This document shows positions 19,760 through 28,687 of a stretch of DNA of 64,000 bases, piece after piece. Positions within the stretch are counted from its first letter, which is position 1. Each line of letters starts with the position of its first letter. The notes beneath the pieces were generated by a model, which was not told the DNA's origin, searched no databases, and worked only from the letters and a program-made list of their open reading frames with translations. Origin of the DNA: a bacterium (lineage in GTDB: Bacteria > SAR324 > NAC60-12); contig CBDDTI010000747.1 in the NCBI GenBank assembly GCA_965233585.1, forward strand, positions 1,009,513 through 1,073,512, given 5' to 3'. A program made the position numbers and the translations under genes.

Positions 19760-20800
19760 ATGAATCTCTTTTCGCTTAAATCTGTTTTAAGTTTTTCTCT
19801 GCTCATACTGAGTTTGAGTGGTTGCTCCTTTCACTTTCTACGTGGTCAAGAATTGGAAGCAGAGAAAAGGTGGGAGGAAGCATCAACAGAATATCAGCTG
19901 GCTTTGGCATCATTTCCTAACGATGAAGACATTAAAGCGTCTCTTGATAGAGTCAACATCTTCGTCGCTAAGGACAACATGCAACGATATTATGAGATGT
20001 TGAAGAAAAAAGAATATAACAAAGCATATCGTAGATTGGTTGACGCAACAGTGCAAGATACCAATCTACAAGAAGCCAAAGATGAAATCAAACGTTGGAC
20101 AAAAGTTCTCATTGCAGGTCAAGCAGAATTTGACTTTAGTGAGGTGAATTACAATTTACATCTTGTTGATGAAATCAATCTTGAAGCTCATTTTCAAAGT
20201 CCGTCAGGTCGTACAGTCAAAGCACCTATCTCATATGAAACAGGAATCTTTTTTACAGAAGATTTACTTTACGACATGCCAACTCAAAAAGCACTTCAAT
20301 ACATCATGAAGTCAGTTGGCGTGAAGCTCATCAAAAAATTATCACCCACACGTAAAAGTGTCATTTATCGTAAATTTGTTGAGTTCAGGGCTCCGGGTTC
20401 TCAATCTATTTCTGGAACATTGAGTAAGTCAAACAGGGAAGAGCAAATCATTCAACTCTCGCAACGTTTGCAACCAAGTTCTCCTGACTTACCCTTAATG
20501 ACCTCTCCTAAATTTTTCCGTTATAGTTTGAATTTTGACAAACAGCAAATTCGGATTACTTCAAGTGGTTCTAGGTTAGAGCCATTTCCCAACGTAAGTT
20601 ATGTCAATGGGAAAAATCGTAGAATTTTTGTAGATTTTGGATCATATCAATTCAAGCGAACAGACTCCACTTGGCAAATTAGAAAGTTGGCAAACAAAAC
20701 GATCACAGATGATTACTTCGTCATTTTGCAAAATAACTTTGCACTTTTTCCTTACTTCTTTTACCGAGAAGGACAATACCGCTACGTTAATTCTCAATAA
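19760..20800 (+). CDS. Hypothetical lipoprotein with N-terminal TPR-like helices
   Basis: Lipobox LSGC after a hydrophobic stretch; helical N-terminus. Confidence 0.65.
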   Translation: MNLFSLKSVLSFSLLILSLSGCSFHFLRGQELEAEKRWEEASTEYQLALASFPNDEDIKASLDRVNIFVAKDNMQRYYEMLKKKEYNKAYRRLVDATVQDTNLQEAKDEIKRWTKVLIAGQAEFDFSEVNYNLHLVDEINLEAHFQSPSGRTVKAPISYETGIFFTEDLLYDMPTQKALQYIMKSVGVKLIKKLSPTRKSVIYRKFVEFRAPGSQSISGTLSKSNREEQIIQLSQRLQPSSPDLPLMTSPKFFRYSLNFDKQQIRITSSGSRLEPFPNVSYVNGKNRRIFVDFGSYQFKRTDSTWQIRKLANKTITDDYFVILQNNFALFPYFFYREGQYRYVNSQ

Positions 20801-21170
20801 AAAGAAACTTCTCATCTTCTCGTTCTACATCATCCTTTTCCATGGTTTCCCTCTTCTATTTTTATTGATAATTTATATAAGCGATAATATTGATTATAAA
20901 TTATATAAAAATATGCCTTCCAATGTACTCAAATAAAGAACTAGAAATTTTATTCTCTTATAGAAGAATAATTATATAACATTAATATATAGCACTATTT
21001 AAAAACTCAGCTCAAAGGTTTTATCGGTTGATTTTAACCATACCATCTACGACAATATATTTTACCGCTACTAGAATCATTGTTAATATGGCATGGGAAA
21101 GGGAGAGGATAAAGACCGTGAGGTCACTCATGAGACATTTGCATTTAGAAGTTAAACCTATTTTCTGTAT

Positions 21171-22069
21171 ATGAAAACATTACGGACTCCCACTTTTTTT
21201 TGATTATGTCCTATTACTTATTTTAGGAGCGATGTTGGGAAGTAGTTTTTTATTAATGAAAGTTGGCTGTGTCCTCTACTCCTACACTAGTTGTCGTCTT
21301 TTTCAGGTTGTTAGTTGGGTTTATCATTTTATATGGTGTGTTGAAGGTAAAAAATTAACAACTTCCTACTTACCATAATCTACACTTTTGGAAGATTTGT
21401 AGTATTCTTGCTATCACATCTAACATGATTCCTTTTACTTTAATCACTTGGGCAGAAAAGGAGATTGAAAGCGGGTTTGCCTCAATCTACATGTCAATGA
21501 TTCCTATTTTTTCAGTCATATTGGCTCACTTTCTCACTGAAGATGAAAAAATATTAACTAAGAAATTGATAGGTACAACAATCAGTTTTGCTGGGGTTCT
21601 CTTTTTATTGTGGAAAAGCTTAGCAGGGATTACACTCAATTTATTAGCACAGTTAGCTTGTCTGCTTGCTGCATTTTGTTATGCTTATTCCAGAATCAAA
21701 ACCAAACAGCTGACTAATATCTAACCTGTTGTGGCAAGTACAGGTGTTTTGTTGTGTGCTGTGATTCTGATGCTACCTTTGACTTTTCTGTTTGGAGAGT
21801 TTTCAAATTTCACACCCTCAATGGAATCCGTCATTGCTATCATTTTGCTAGGAGCTTTTCCCACAGCGATTGCATTTGTCATCCTTTATAAACTCATTGA
21901 TGAAGTCGGGGCGGTTTTTATGACACTTGTCAATTATCTTGCCCCTTGTTTCGGTTTACTTTGGGGGTATTTTATCCTTTCAGAAGAATTAAGCTATCAA
22001 AACTTTATGGCTTTAATTGTTATTACTGTGGGTGTTATGGTGACTTCTTATTCCAAGAAAACTAAATAA
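21171..22069 (+). pseudogene. Disrupted DMT/EamA-family transporter
   Basis: Reconstructs to LGAM.GSSFLLMKV...FRL...IPFTLITWAE; frameshifts near 21211 and 21268, in-frame stops near 21356 and 21722. Confidence 0.85.
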
Positions 22070-22175
22070 ATGCTGTCATTCTCATACGACATTTTATATT
22101 TTCACAAAAAATAATTTAGCTAATTGAAAAGAATTTTTGAAGTCATTGCATGCGGTATCAGGAGTAATAGCTTAA

Positions 22176-23219
22176 CTATGCAACGATTCTACCTCCTTTA
22201 CTGTCAAAAAAATGAATTTGACTGTTGTCAAATTTCAATCCAACTTTTGAGTCTAAAGGGTATTGAGATTGTCCTTTGACACGGATATTGATTTTTCCTA
22301 GAACTTCGCAATTTACTAAAATGAAGCTATCAGCTCCTAGATATTCTACTAAGTCAATTATTCCTGTACAGTCTCCTTCATTTGCAGAGACAACCTCTAT
22401 AGACTCTGGTCTCACACCTAAATAGCTTGCTTTTGAAAAAATATCTTTTAAATGCAAACTATTCGCAAATTGGCTACTTTTCTCTTGAAGAGGAATGATA
22501 TTCATTTGAGGACTACCAATGAATTGAGCAACAAATAGATTGTTTGGTTTTTCATAAAGCTCCTTTGGTGTTCCTATTTGTTCAATTCTTCCACCTTGTA
22601 ACACGACTATTCGGTCTGCTAGTGTCATAGCCTCTACCTGATCATGCGTCACGTAAATCATGGTAGATTTTAAGGTTTGATGTAGTTTGGCAATTTCATA
22701 GCGCATCTCAACACGAAGTGCGGCATCCAAGTTAGAAAGCGGTTCATCAAATAAAAAAGCAAGAGGAGACCTGACAATAGAGCGTCCAATGGCGACACGT
22801 TGCCTTTGTCCTCCTGATAAATGCTTCGGTTTTCGTTCTAAATAAGGTTCTAATCGTAAGACAGAGGCTACTTTGTTAACTTTTTCAGTCATTTCAATTT
22901 TAGAACTTCCTGCTGTTTTTAAACTAAATCCCATATTTTCCCGAACCGTCATGTGTGGATATAAAGCATACGACTGAAAAACCATAGCCAACCCTCGTTG
23001 AGATGGAGGTTGGTCTGTGACATCTTGACTGTTGATTAAAATTTGTCCTCTATTGGTGTCTTCCAAGCCAGCAATCATACGAAGTAATGTAGATTTTCCA
23101 CAGCCAGAAGGTCCGACAAAAACAATAAATTCTCCCGTGTTGATGGATAAACTGACCCCTTTGATCACTTGTAGGCTTTCATACCATTTTTCTACTTGGT
23201 TCAGTTGAATTGTTGCCAT
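22176..23219 (-). CDS. Sugar ABC transporter ATP-binding protein (MalK-like)
   Basis: GPSGCGKST, LSGGQRQR, DEPLSNLDA, YVTHDQVEA. Confidence 0.95.
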   Translation of the reverse strand: MATIQLNQVEKWYESLQVIKGVSLSINTGEFIVFVGPSGCGKSTLLRMIAGLEDTNRGQILINSQDVTDQPPSQRGLAMVFQSYALYPHMTVRENMGFSLKTAGSSKIEMTEKVNKVASVLRLEPYLERKPKHLSGGQRQRVAIGRSIVRSPLAFLFDEPLSNLDAALRVEMRYEIAKLHQTLKSTMIYVTHDQVEAMTLADRIVVLQGGRIEQIGTPKELYEKPNNLFVAQFIGSPQMNIIPLQEKSSQFANSLHLKDIFSKASYLGVRPESIEVVSANEGDCTGIIDLVEYLGADSFILVNCEVLGKINIRVKGQSQYPLDSKVGLKFDNSQIHFFDSKGGRIVA

Positions 23220-23221
23220 AG

Positions 23222-24493
23222 TTATTTCCTTTCTGCAGATGGTGATGCCCATGCAAGCCAAGTAGAAGCTGTCCACGTAAAGTCTTGCCCTCCCGATGGC
23301 TCACCATTTTGGGGCGAAAAATACTCTGCAAATCCATGATTTTGGATCAATGTTGCAGTCTGTGTTCTAATAGTTTCTGCAAAAGCGTGGTATCCTGCAT
23401 CTGATAATCCCATAGCAATTAGAGCATTCATAATTCCCCAAATAGGTCCACGCCAATAACGTTTAGCATCAAAGTGAATGCTAGATGGGTCACAACTAGG
23501 AACAACAAATTTTGAGCTTTTCAGAAATCTTTCTAAATGCACCATCATCTCCTCGTGGCGAAGCCCTGCATACCAACATAGAAAAGAAGCATTAGAAAGG
23601 CAATGACTATGAGTTGAACTTCTAAAATCAAAAGCATTGTAAGCCTGTGTTTTGGGATTCCAAAGTTGTTGACAGCCTTCTTCAATTCTTTTAATCCATT
23701 GAATTATAGCGTTTTGTTCTTCTCCTAAGATTTCAGCAATCTTTTTTAAGTCTTTATTGGCTCGGAGCAAAATGAAAGTCAATGTTGGGTCTGCTACCCA
23801 AAAGAACCCATGAGTTCTAATAAAATCTTGATCCCAATCAGCATCTCTAGCTTGATAAAGAATGGTGAGGTATCGGTCATAGTCTAATTTTGTAGGACGT
23901 GCATCAGCTTCCACATGTTTAATATCTTTTCTCTGGTAATCACCAACATTTGTCTCCTTCACATGACTTAAAGGAATATCCCAGTCAGGAGAATTATCTC
24001 GCCCACTTTCCCAAGGATGTGTCGCAACAATAGCTCCTTGTTCACTTCTGTTATCATCAAACCATTGATGCCAACGTTTCAATTTAGGAAATAAGGAATA
24101 GAGATGAGGCAACCCTAATGAAGGGTCTTGCTGATAAATTTTTAGAGCAAAACTTGCTACCAAAGGAGGTTGGGTGATTCCCGAAGAGGCAATGCCAGTG
24201 GTGACCGTTTGATTTCCTGTTTTCCAAACATCAGGTCCGGGGAAGTATCCATCATCTAACTGATGAAATAAGATATGAGGCACCATTCCATTTGCCCACT
24301 GTCCTTGAAATAAAGTATGGAGTTCCTCCCAAGCTCTTGGAAGATCAAAAGTCGCAAAACCTAAGGCGGCAAAAGCACTATCCCAGTTCCACTGGTAAGG
24401 GTAGAGTCCTGAAGTAGGAATGGTGTAACCACCTTTATCATTTGATTTTAATATTGCCCTTGCTTGTTGGTCTATTGCTTCAGTTTCTTTCAT
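23222..24493 (-). CDS. GH63-family glycoside hydrolase (mannosylglycerate/glucosylglycerate hydrolase-like)
   Basis: LYPYQWNWDS, GMVPHI, ITQPP, HPWESGRDNSP.WD, YWRGPIW, FAEYF, FTWTA. Confidence 0.85.
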   Translation of the reverse strand: MKETEAIDQQARAILKSNDKGGYTIPTSGLYPYQWNWDSAFAALGFATFDLPRAWEELHTLFQGQWANGMVPHILFHQLDDGYFPGPDVWKTGNQTVTTGIASSGITQPPLVASFALKIYQQDPSLGLPHLYSLFPKLKRWHQWFDDNRSEQGAIVATHPWESGRDNSPDWDIPLSHVKETNVGDYQRKDIKHVEADARPTKLDYDRYLTILYQARDADWDQDFIRTHGFFWVADPTLTFILLRANKDLKKIAEILGEEQNAIIQWIKRIEEGCQQLWNPKTQAYNAFDFRSSTHSHCLSNASFLCWYAGLRHEEMMVHLERFLKSSKFVVPSCDPSSIHFDAKRYWRGPIWGIMNALIAMGLSDAGYHAFAETIRTQTATLIQNHGFAEYFSPQNGEPSGGQDFTWTASTWLAWASPSAERK

Positions 24494-24506
24494 TGTTATT
24501 ATTTTC

Positions 24507-25730
24507 TTATTTGACTGCACCAGCTGCCAAACCTTTCACCATAAATTTTTCCAAAACAAGAAAAATAATAAGTATAGGGATTGTTGCGATGACTGCACCA
24601 GCCATTAAATGTTGACGCGGTATTTCGGAGCTGTTGAGCATAGCGATTCCTCTCGTCAATGTAAACTTATTGGGGTCATCTAAAAGCATAAATGCTAGTA
24701 AAAACTCGTTCCATGCAATCATAAAGACATAGAGAGAAACAGATGCGATTGCAGGTAAGCTCAGTGGCAACGTAATTTTTAAAATCACTTGTATCCGATT
24801 GAGTCCGTCCATTAAGCCTGCTTCTTCTATTTCTGCAGGTATCCCCCTAAAATATCCTTGCAACATATATAAAGCTACTGGAATTGTCGTGACAGGATAA
24901 ATCAATAAAATACCAAGCAATGAATTTCTCAGCCCCAATATAGAAAAGCCAATATAAATTGGCAATGCCAAAACAATCATTGGCACAAGGTAGATCAACA
25001 GTATTGAGCGAGAAAGTATTTTTCTTCCCTTGAAACGAAGCCGAGCGACTGCATAAGCTCCTAAAATGCTCACCACTAAAGTTATGATGACAGTAGCAGA
25101 AGAGACTAAAAAAGATGTAACAAGGTAGTTTCCAAAGTTAAATTCTTCAAATAATTCAAAATACGAGCGAAACAATCCCATTCCTTTTTCCAACTCCAAA
25201 CTGAAGTCCAGCGGATTAGCTAACAAAGTTTGTTGGCTTTTAAGGCTGGTCATCATCATGACATAAAACGGAACAGCCACAATCACGATAAAAAACAAGT
25301 AACCAAAGCCAAGTAAAAACCTAATGACAGTAGATTCAAATTCATGCCTATTCATTTGTCCCATCGACGTTTCTCTGAACATAGAAGTCAAAGGAACAAT
25401 GAGAAATATCATCAGCGCCAAAAATGAAACCCACTGAATATCTATTAGCTGAACATTGATTCCAAATGGTCTCATCAATGAAAGCAAAAGGAAGCTAAGC
25501 GAGCTGAATATCCCTAAAATCAACATTTGCCTGACTGGAGAATAATATTTTTTAACAATAAGAGATAGTTCTGCCACGAATGCCCCCGTACATGCACCTG
25601 CTATTAAATCTGGTACAACAGGTTTTCCTGAAACTAATGCCAAAATAGCAGTGATGACAACAGAGCCACACACTCCCCATGTTAAGCCAATACCTAATGC
25701 CAGTAACCAGCCTTGTCTCAAGACTTTCAT
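24507..25730 (-). CDS. Carbohydrate ABC permease (MalG-like) with extra N-terminal TM segments
   Basis: EAA loop IPAEIEEAGLMDG; FMIAWNEFL. Confidence 0.92.
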   Translation of the reverse strand: MKVLRQGWLLALGIGLTWGVCGSVVITAILALVSGKPVVPDLIAGACTGAFVAELSLIVKKYYSPVRQMLILGIFSSLSFLLLSLMRPFGINVQLIDIQWVSFLALMIFLIVPLTSMFRETSMGQMNRHEFESTVIRFLLGFGYLFFIVIVAVPFYVMMMTSLKSQQTLLANPLDFSLELEKGMGLFRSYFELFEEFNFGNYLVTSFLVSSATVIITLVVSILGAYAVARLRFKGRKILSRSILLIYLVPMIVLALPIYIGFSILGLRNSLLGILLIYPVTTIPVALYMLQGYFRGIPAEIEEAGLMDGLNRIQVILKITLPLSLPAIASVSLYVFMIAWNEFLLAFMLLDDPNKFTLTRGIAMLNSSEIPRQHLMAGAVIATIPILIIFLVLEKFMVKGLAAGAVK

Positions 25731-27046
25731 AATCCTTCTTCTTGGCTAAATAACTTAAAGAAAAGCAAAGCAAAAACGATGAGACATAGAAAAATGACGA
25801 CAGCTACTGCTGCCCCCGCTCCTATGTCTGACAAAGCAAAGGCTTGTTCATAGACATTGACAGTCAAAGTTCTGGTACCTGCATTGCCCCCAGTCAGTAA
25901 GAAAATGTCATCAAACTTGTTAAACGTCCAAATAAAGCGAAGTAGAAATAAAATAGAAAGAATGCCAAATAAATGAGGAATAGAAAGGTACCAAAACTGC
26001 TGAAAAGGGGAGGCCCCATCCATTTTTGCAGCTTCATAAATATCTGAATCTATGGACTGCAACCTTGCTAGAATAAATAAAAATGACAAAGGGAAGTATC
26101 TCCAAATCTCAAAGACCGTCACAGTAATCAACGCTAGAGGTTTCTCACCAAAAAAGTTAATCGCCTCGTCTATTGCCTTCATCTGTATTAAAAGAGCATT
26201 TGCTGAGCCAGAGAAGGGGTCAAATAAGGTGACCCAAGTTAATGCTACTGCAATGACAGGGGCTACATAAGGAAAGAGAAGTAACCCCCGCAAACAGCCC
26301 CTTCCTCTAAAACTGACGTTGAGAAGCAGTGCTGCCATACATCCAACAACGATTGCTCCAATAGTACCAAAAACTGTATAAAAAAACGTAATTCCCAAAG
26401 TAGAGATAAATTCACTACTATTAAAAAACTTTGTAAAATTTTTGAAGGTAAACTCAGCATTCCAAAGACTAGAATTAGACTCTCCTAGTATGGTTGGTAC
26501 AGAATCTTTAATGTTCTGACCTTGATCTAAAAAAATTTGCTGAACTACAACAGGAATCTTTAGTTTTTCCTTGTAACCGGGCTTCCAAGTTCCAAATGAG
26601 CAAAAAAGAACTCTTGAATCTAGCTTGCATCTTCTGTCTAGTGCCTGAACTTCCAAGCCTCGTGGAATGATGTCTGACAGAGTGACATTGTAAATCGCTT
26701 TTTTTTGAGATGAATTACTGAGGCGATACTCTATGTTCACATCATCGCCTTCTTTTTTAGCCTGACCTTTCATACGTTCATACACTTTGGGAGAAACAGT
26801 GCGTAAGTCAGCCAATTCAATGGGCTTTAAGCTGATCCAAAAAATAGCCAGCAATGGAAGAGCGACCACCAGTGCGACGCTGAGTAAGGTGGGAAAAAGC
26901 AGTCTCCATGCTAATAGAGTTTCTCGTTTTTGCAGAAGACTGATTTCTGTAGGGGGGAGAGTTTGTTCAACATGATGGGTAGAATTAAGGCTATTCACAT
27001 CGGTAGAGCCACCCAAAGTATTCATGTTGAACAAATTCCAGAGCAA
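25727..27046 (-). CDS. Carbohydrate ABC permease (MalF-like) with periplasmic insertion
   Basis: IYEAAKMDGAS EAA loop; RFIWTFNKFDDIFLLT. Confidence 0.92.
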   Translation of the reverse strand: MLWNLFNMNTLGGSTDVNSLNSTHHVEQTLPPTEISLLQKRETLLAWRLLFPTLLSVALVVALPLLAIFWISLKPIELADLRTVSPKVYERMKGQAKKEGDDVNIEYRLSNSSQKKAIYNVTLSDIIPRGLEVQALDRRCKLDSRVLFCSFGTWKPGYKEKLKIPVVVQQIFLDQGQNIKDSVPTILGESNSSLWNAEFTFKNFTKFFNSSEFISTLGITFFYTVFGTIGAIVVGCMAALLLNVSFRGRGCLRGLLLFPYVAPVIAVALTWVTLFDPFSGSANALLIQMKAIDEAINFFGEKPLALITVTVFEIWRYFPLSFLFILARLQSIDSDIYEAAKMDGASPFQQFWYLSIPHLFGILSILFLLRFIWTFNKFDDIFLLTGGNAGTRTLTVNVYEQAFALSDIGAGAAVAVVIFLCLIVFALLFFKLFSQEEGL

Positions 27047-27092
27047 AGGATTAGGAAATAAATTAAATCATAGTGAGACTATGGAGAGATGA

Positions 27093-28448
27093 CTACAATT
27101 TGCCTAATTCATCATTTAGCTTATCCACTGTTTGAGTGGCAGAACGTACGCCATCCATATATTCTCTGACTAAACGGTTAATGACTTGACTATTGATGAT
27201 CTTAGATGCCAAAGAAAGTTGTCTTTCTGAGACTCCCCAACGTTTTGCAGTGTCTAAACCATCTACAATCTCATTGATCATCTCACTAGCGTAAAGCTCT
27301 GAAAGTGGTGCTTTACGGTCTACACCTACGGGCAAAGTTGCCCATGCTTTAACAAACTTTTCGGGGTCTTCAGCATCTCCACGACGGACTGGAAATTTAC
27401 CTTCTGGGGCAATGGAAAGCGTTTGCATGTAACCTTCATCCATAGAATATTTGACAAATGCCATCGCACTGTCAATATCTGCATCTGCAGTAATCCCAAA
27501 ATAACGGACATCTCCCCAAGCTGCTCCATTTGGATTAGAAGGTCCTGACAGACGGGTCACAATACTTGTCTTAGAAGCAAGTTCTCGGCTAGTTGGGTCA
27601 TCATTTATCGTAGGTGGAGCACTGTCTCGCAAACCAGCAAGTTCATCTAAAATGAAAGGAGACCATATAATCATTGCTGCTCTACCAGCAAAATAAAGTT
27701 CACGCGACTGCTTCCAATACAATTCTCCTTTAGGGGAAGAATCAGTTAATGCCTTGTAGAATTTGAGAACCTCCATCGTTTTTTTCTGATCAAGAACTTT
27801 AAAACCGTTGTCATCTACGGGGGAAACTCCGTTGGCTAAAAAGACATGTTCTAACACTTGACTCATAAAATTCTCATCAATTTTAGTGGCAGCAACAAAC
27901 CCAAAAATTTCAGGAGGATTGTGTAATTTTCTCAAAGCAGCTTGTATGTTTTCATAGCTATTTGGAGAATCAAGCCCATATTTGTCAAATAAATCTTTAC
28001 GATAGACAATCATCTGAGTCCATCCATCAACAGGAACAGAAGCATAACCATCATCTACCGAAGACATATTCAAAGCACCCGGTGCAAAAGTCTCCATTCC
28101 AAGTTCATCAATGATTTCAGTTGCCGCATCTACATCTAAAATGCCAGCCTCAGCCCAAGGTAGTGCATATTGTAGGGGGTGGTAAATCACATCGGGTAAA
28201 TCTCCTGCAGAAAAAGCTGCCGTAGCTCTAGTCCCTAAATCAGACTCTGAGACGGGAGTGACTTTGACTTGAATCCCTGTCTTTCTTTCAAAATCTGCTG
28301 CCATCTTTTCCTGTTTTGCCAACCTTGCTGGTTGCTCTTCTGTTGTCCAAAAACGGATAGAGTCAGCATGGACAGACTCCAAACCAGTTAATGCCACACC
28401 ACCTGCCAATAAAGCATAGACACTTTTTTTCCAAAACTTTGTAACCAT
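27093..28448 (-). CDS. Carbohydrate ABC substrate-binding protein
   Basis: Signal peptide, AGDLPDVI, YRKDLF; first gene of the ABC operon. Confidence 0.92.
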   Translation of the reverse strand: MVTKFWKKSVYALLAGGVALTGLESVHADSIRFWTTEEQPARLAKQEKMAADFERKTGIQVKVTPVSESDLGTRATAAFSAGDLPDVIYHPLQYALPWAEAGILDVDAATEIIDELGMETFAPGALNMSSVDDGYASVPVDGWTQMIVYRKDLFDKYGLDSPNSYENIQAALRKLHNPPEIFGFVAATKIDENFMSQVLEHVFLANGVSPVDDNGFKVLDQKKTMEVLKFYKALTDSSPKGELYWKQSRELYFAGRAAMIIWSPFILDELAGLRDSAPPTINDDPTSRELASKTSIVTRLSGPSNPNGAAWGDVRYFGITADADIDSAMAFVKYSMDEGYMQTLSIAPEGKFPVRRGDAEDPEKFVKAWATLPVGVDRKAPLSELYASEMINEIVDGLDTAKRWGVSERQLSLASKIINSQVINRLVREYMDGVRSATQTVDKLNDELGKL

Positions 28449-28687
28449 CGTTTAACGATCTCCAAATTAAAAATTATTAATACTCAAGAATAAGCTCGCA
28501 AGTGTACTGACAAAAAGAAATGATGTCAAGATTTTTTGAAAAAGACCAGAGAAAGGGGCTGGATTTGATTTAAAGAATGGAGAGAACACCTTAAAAAATC
28601 ATCAAATTCATGCTACACTACGTGTCTCAAAAATTGCTCATCATTCATCTTATCTCGCTCTAGGAAAACTCAACTTCATTAGTAACT

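Noticed and set aside
20940..21170. Riboswitch upstream of the DMT pseudogene
   Set aside because: No recognisable aptamer consensus by eye; an Rfam scan would be needed
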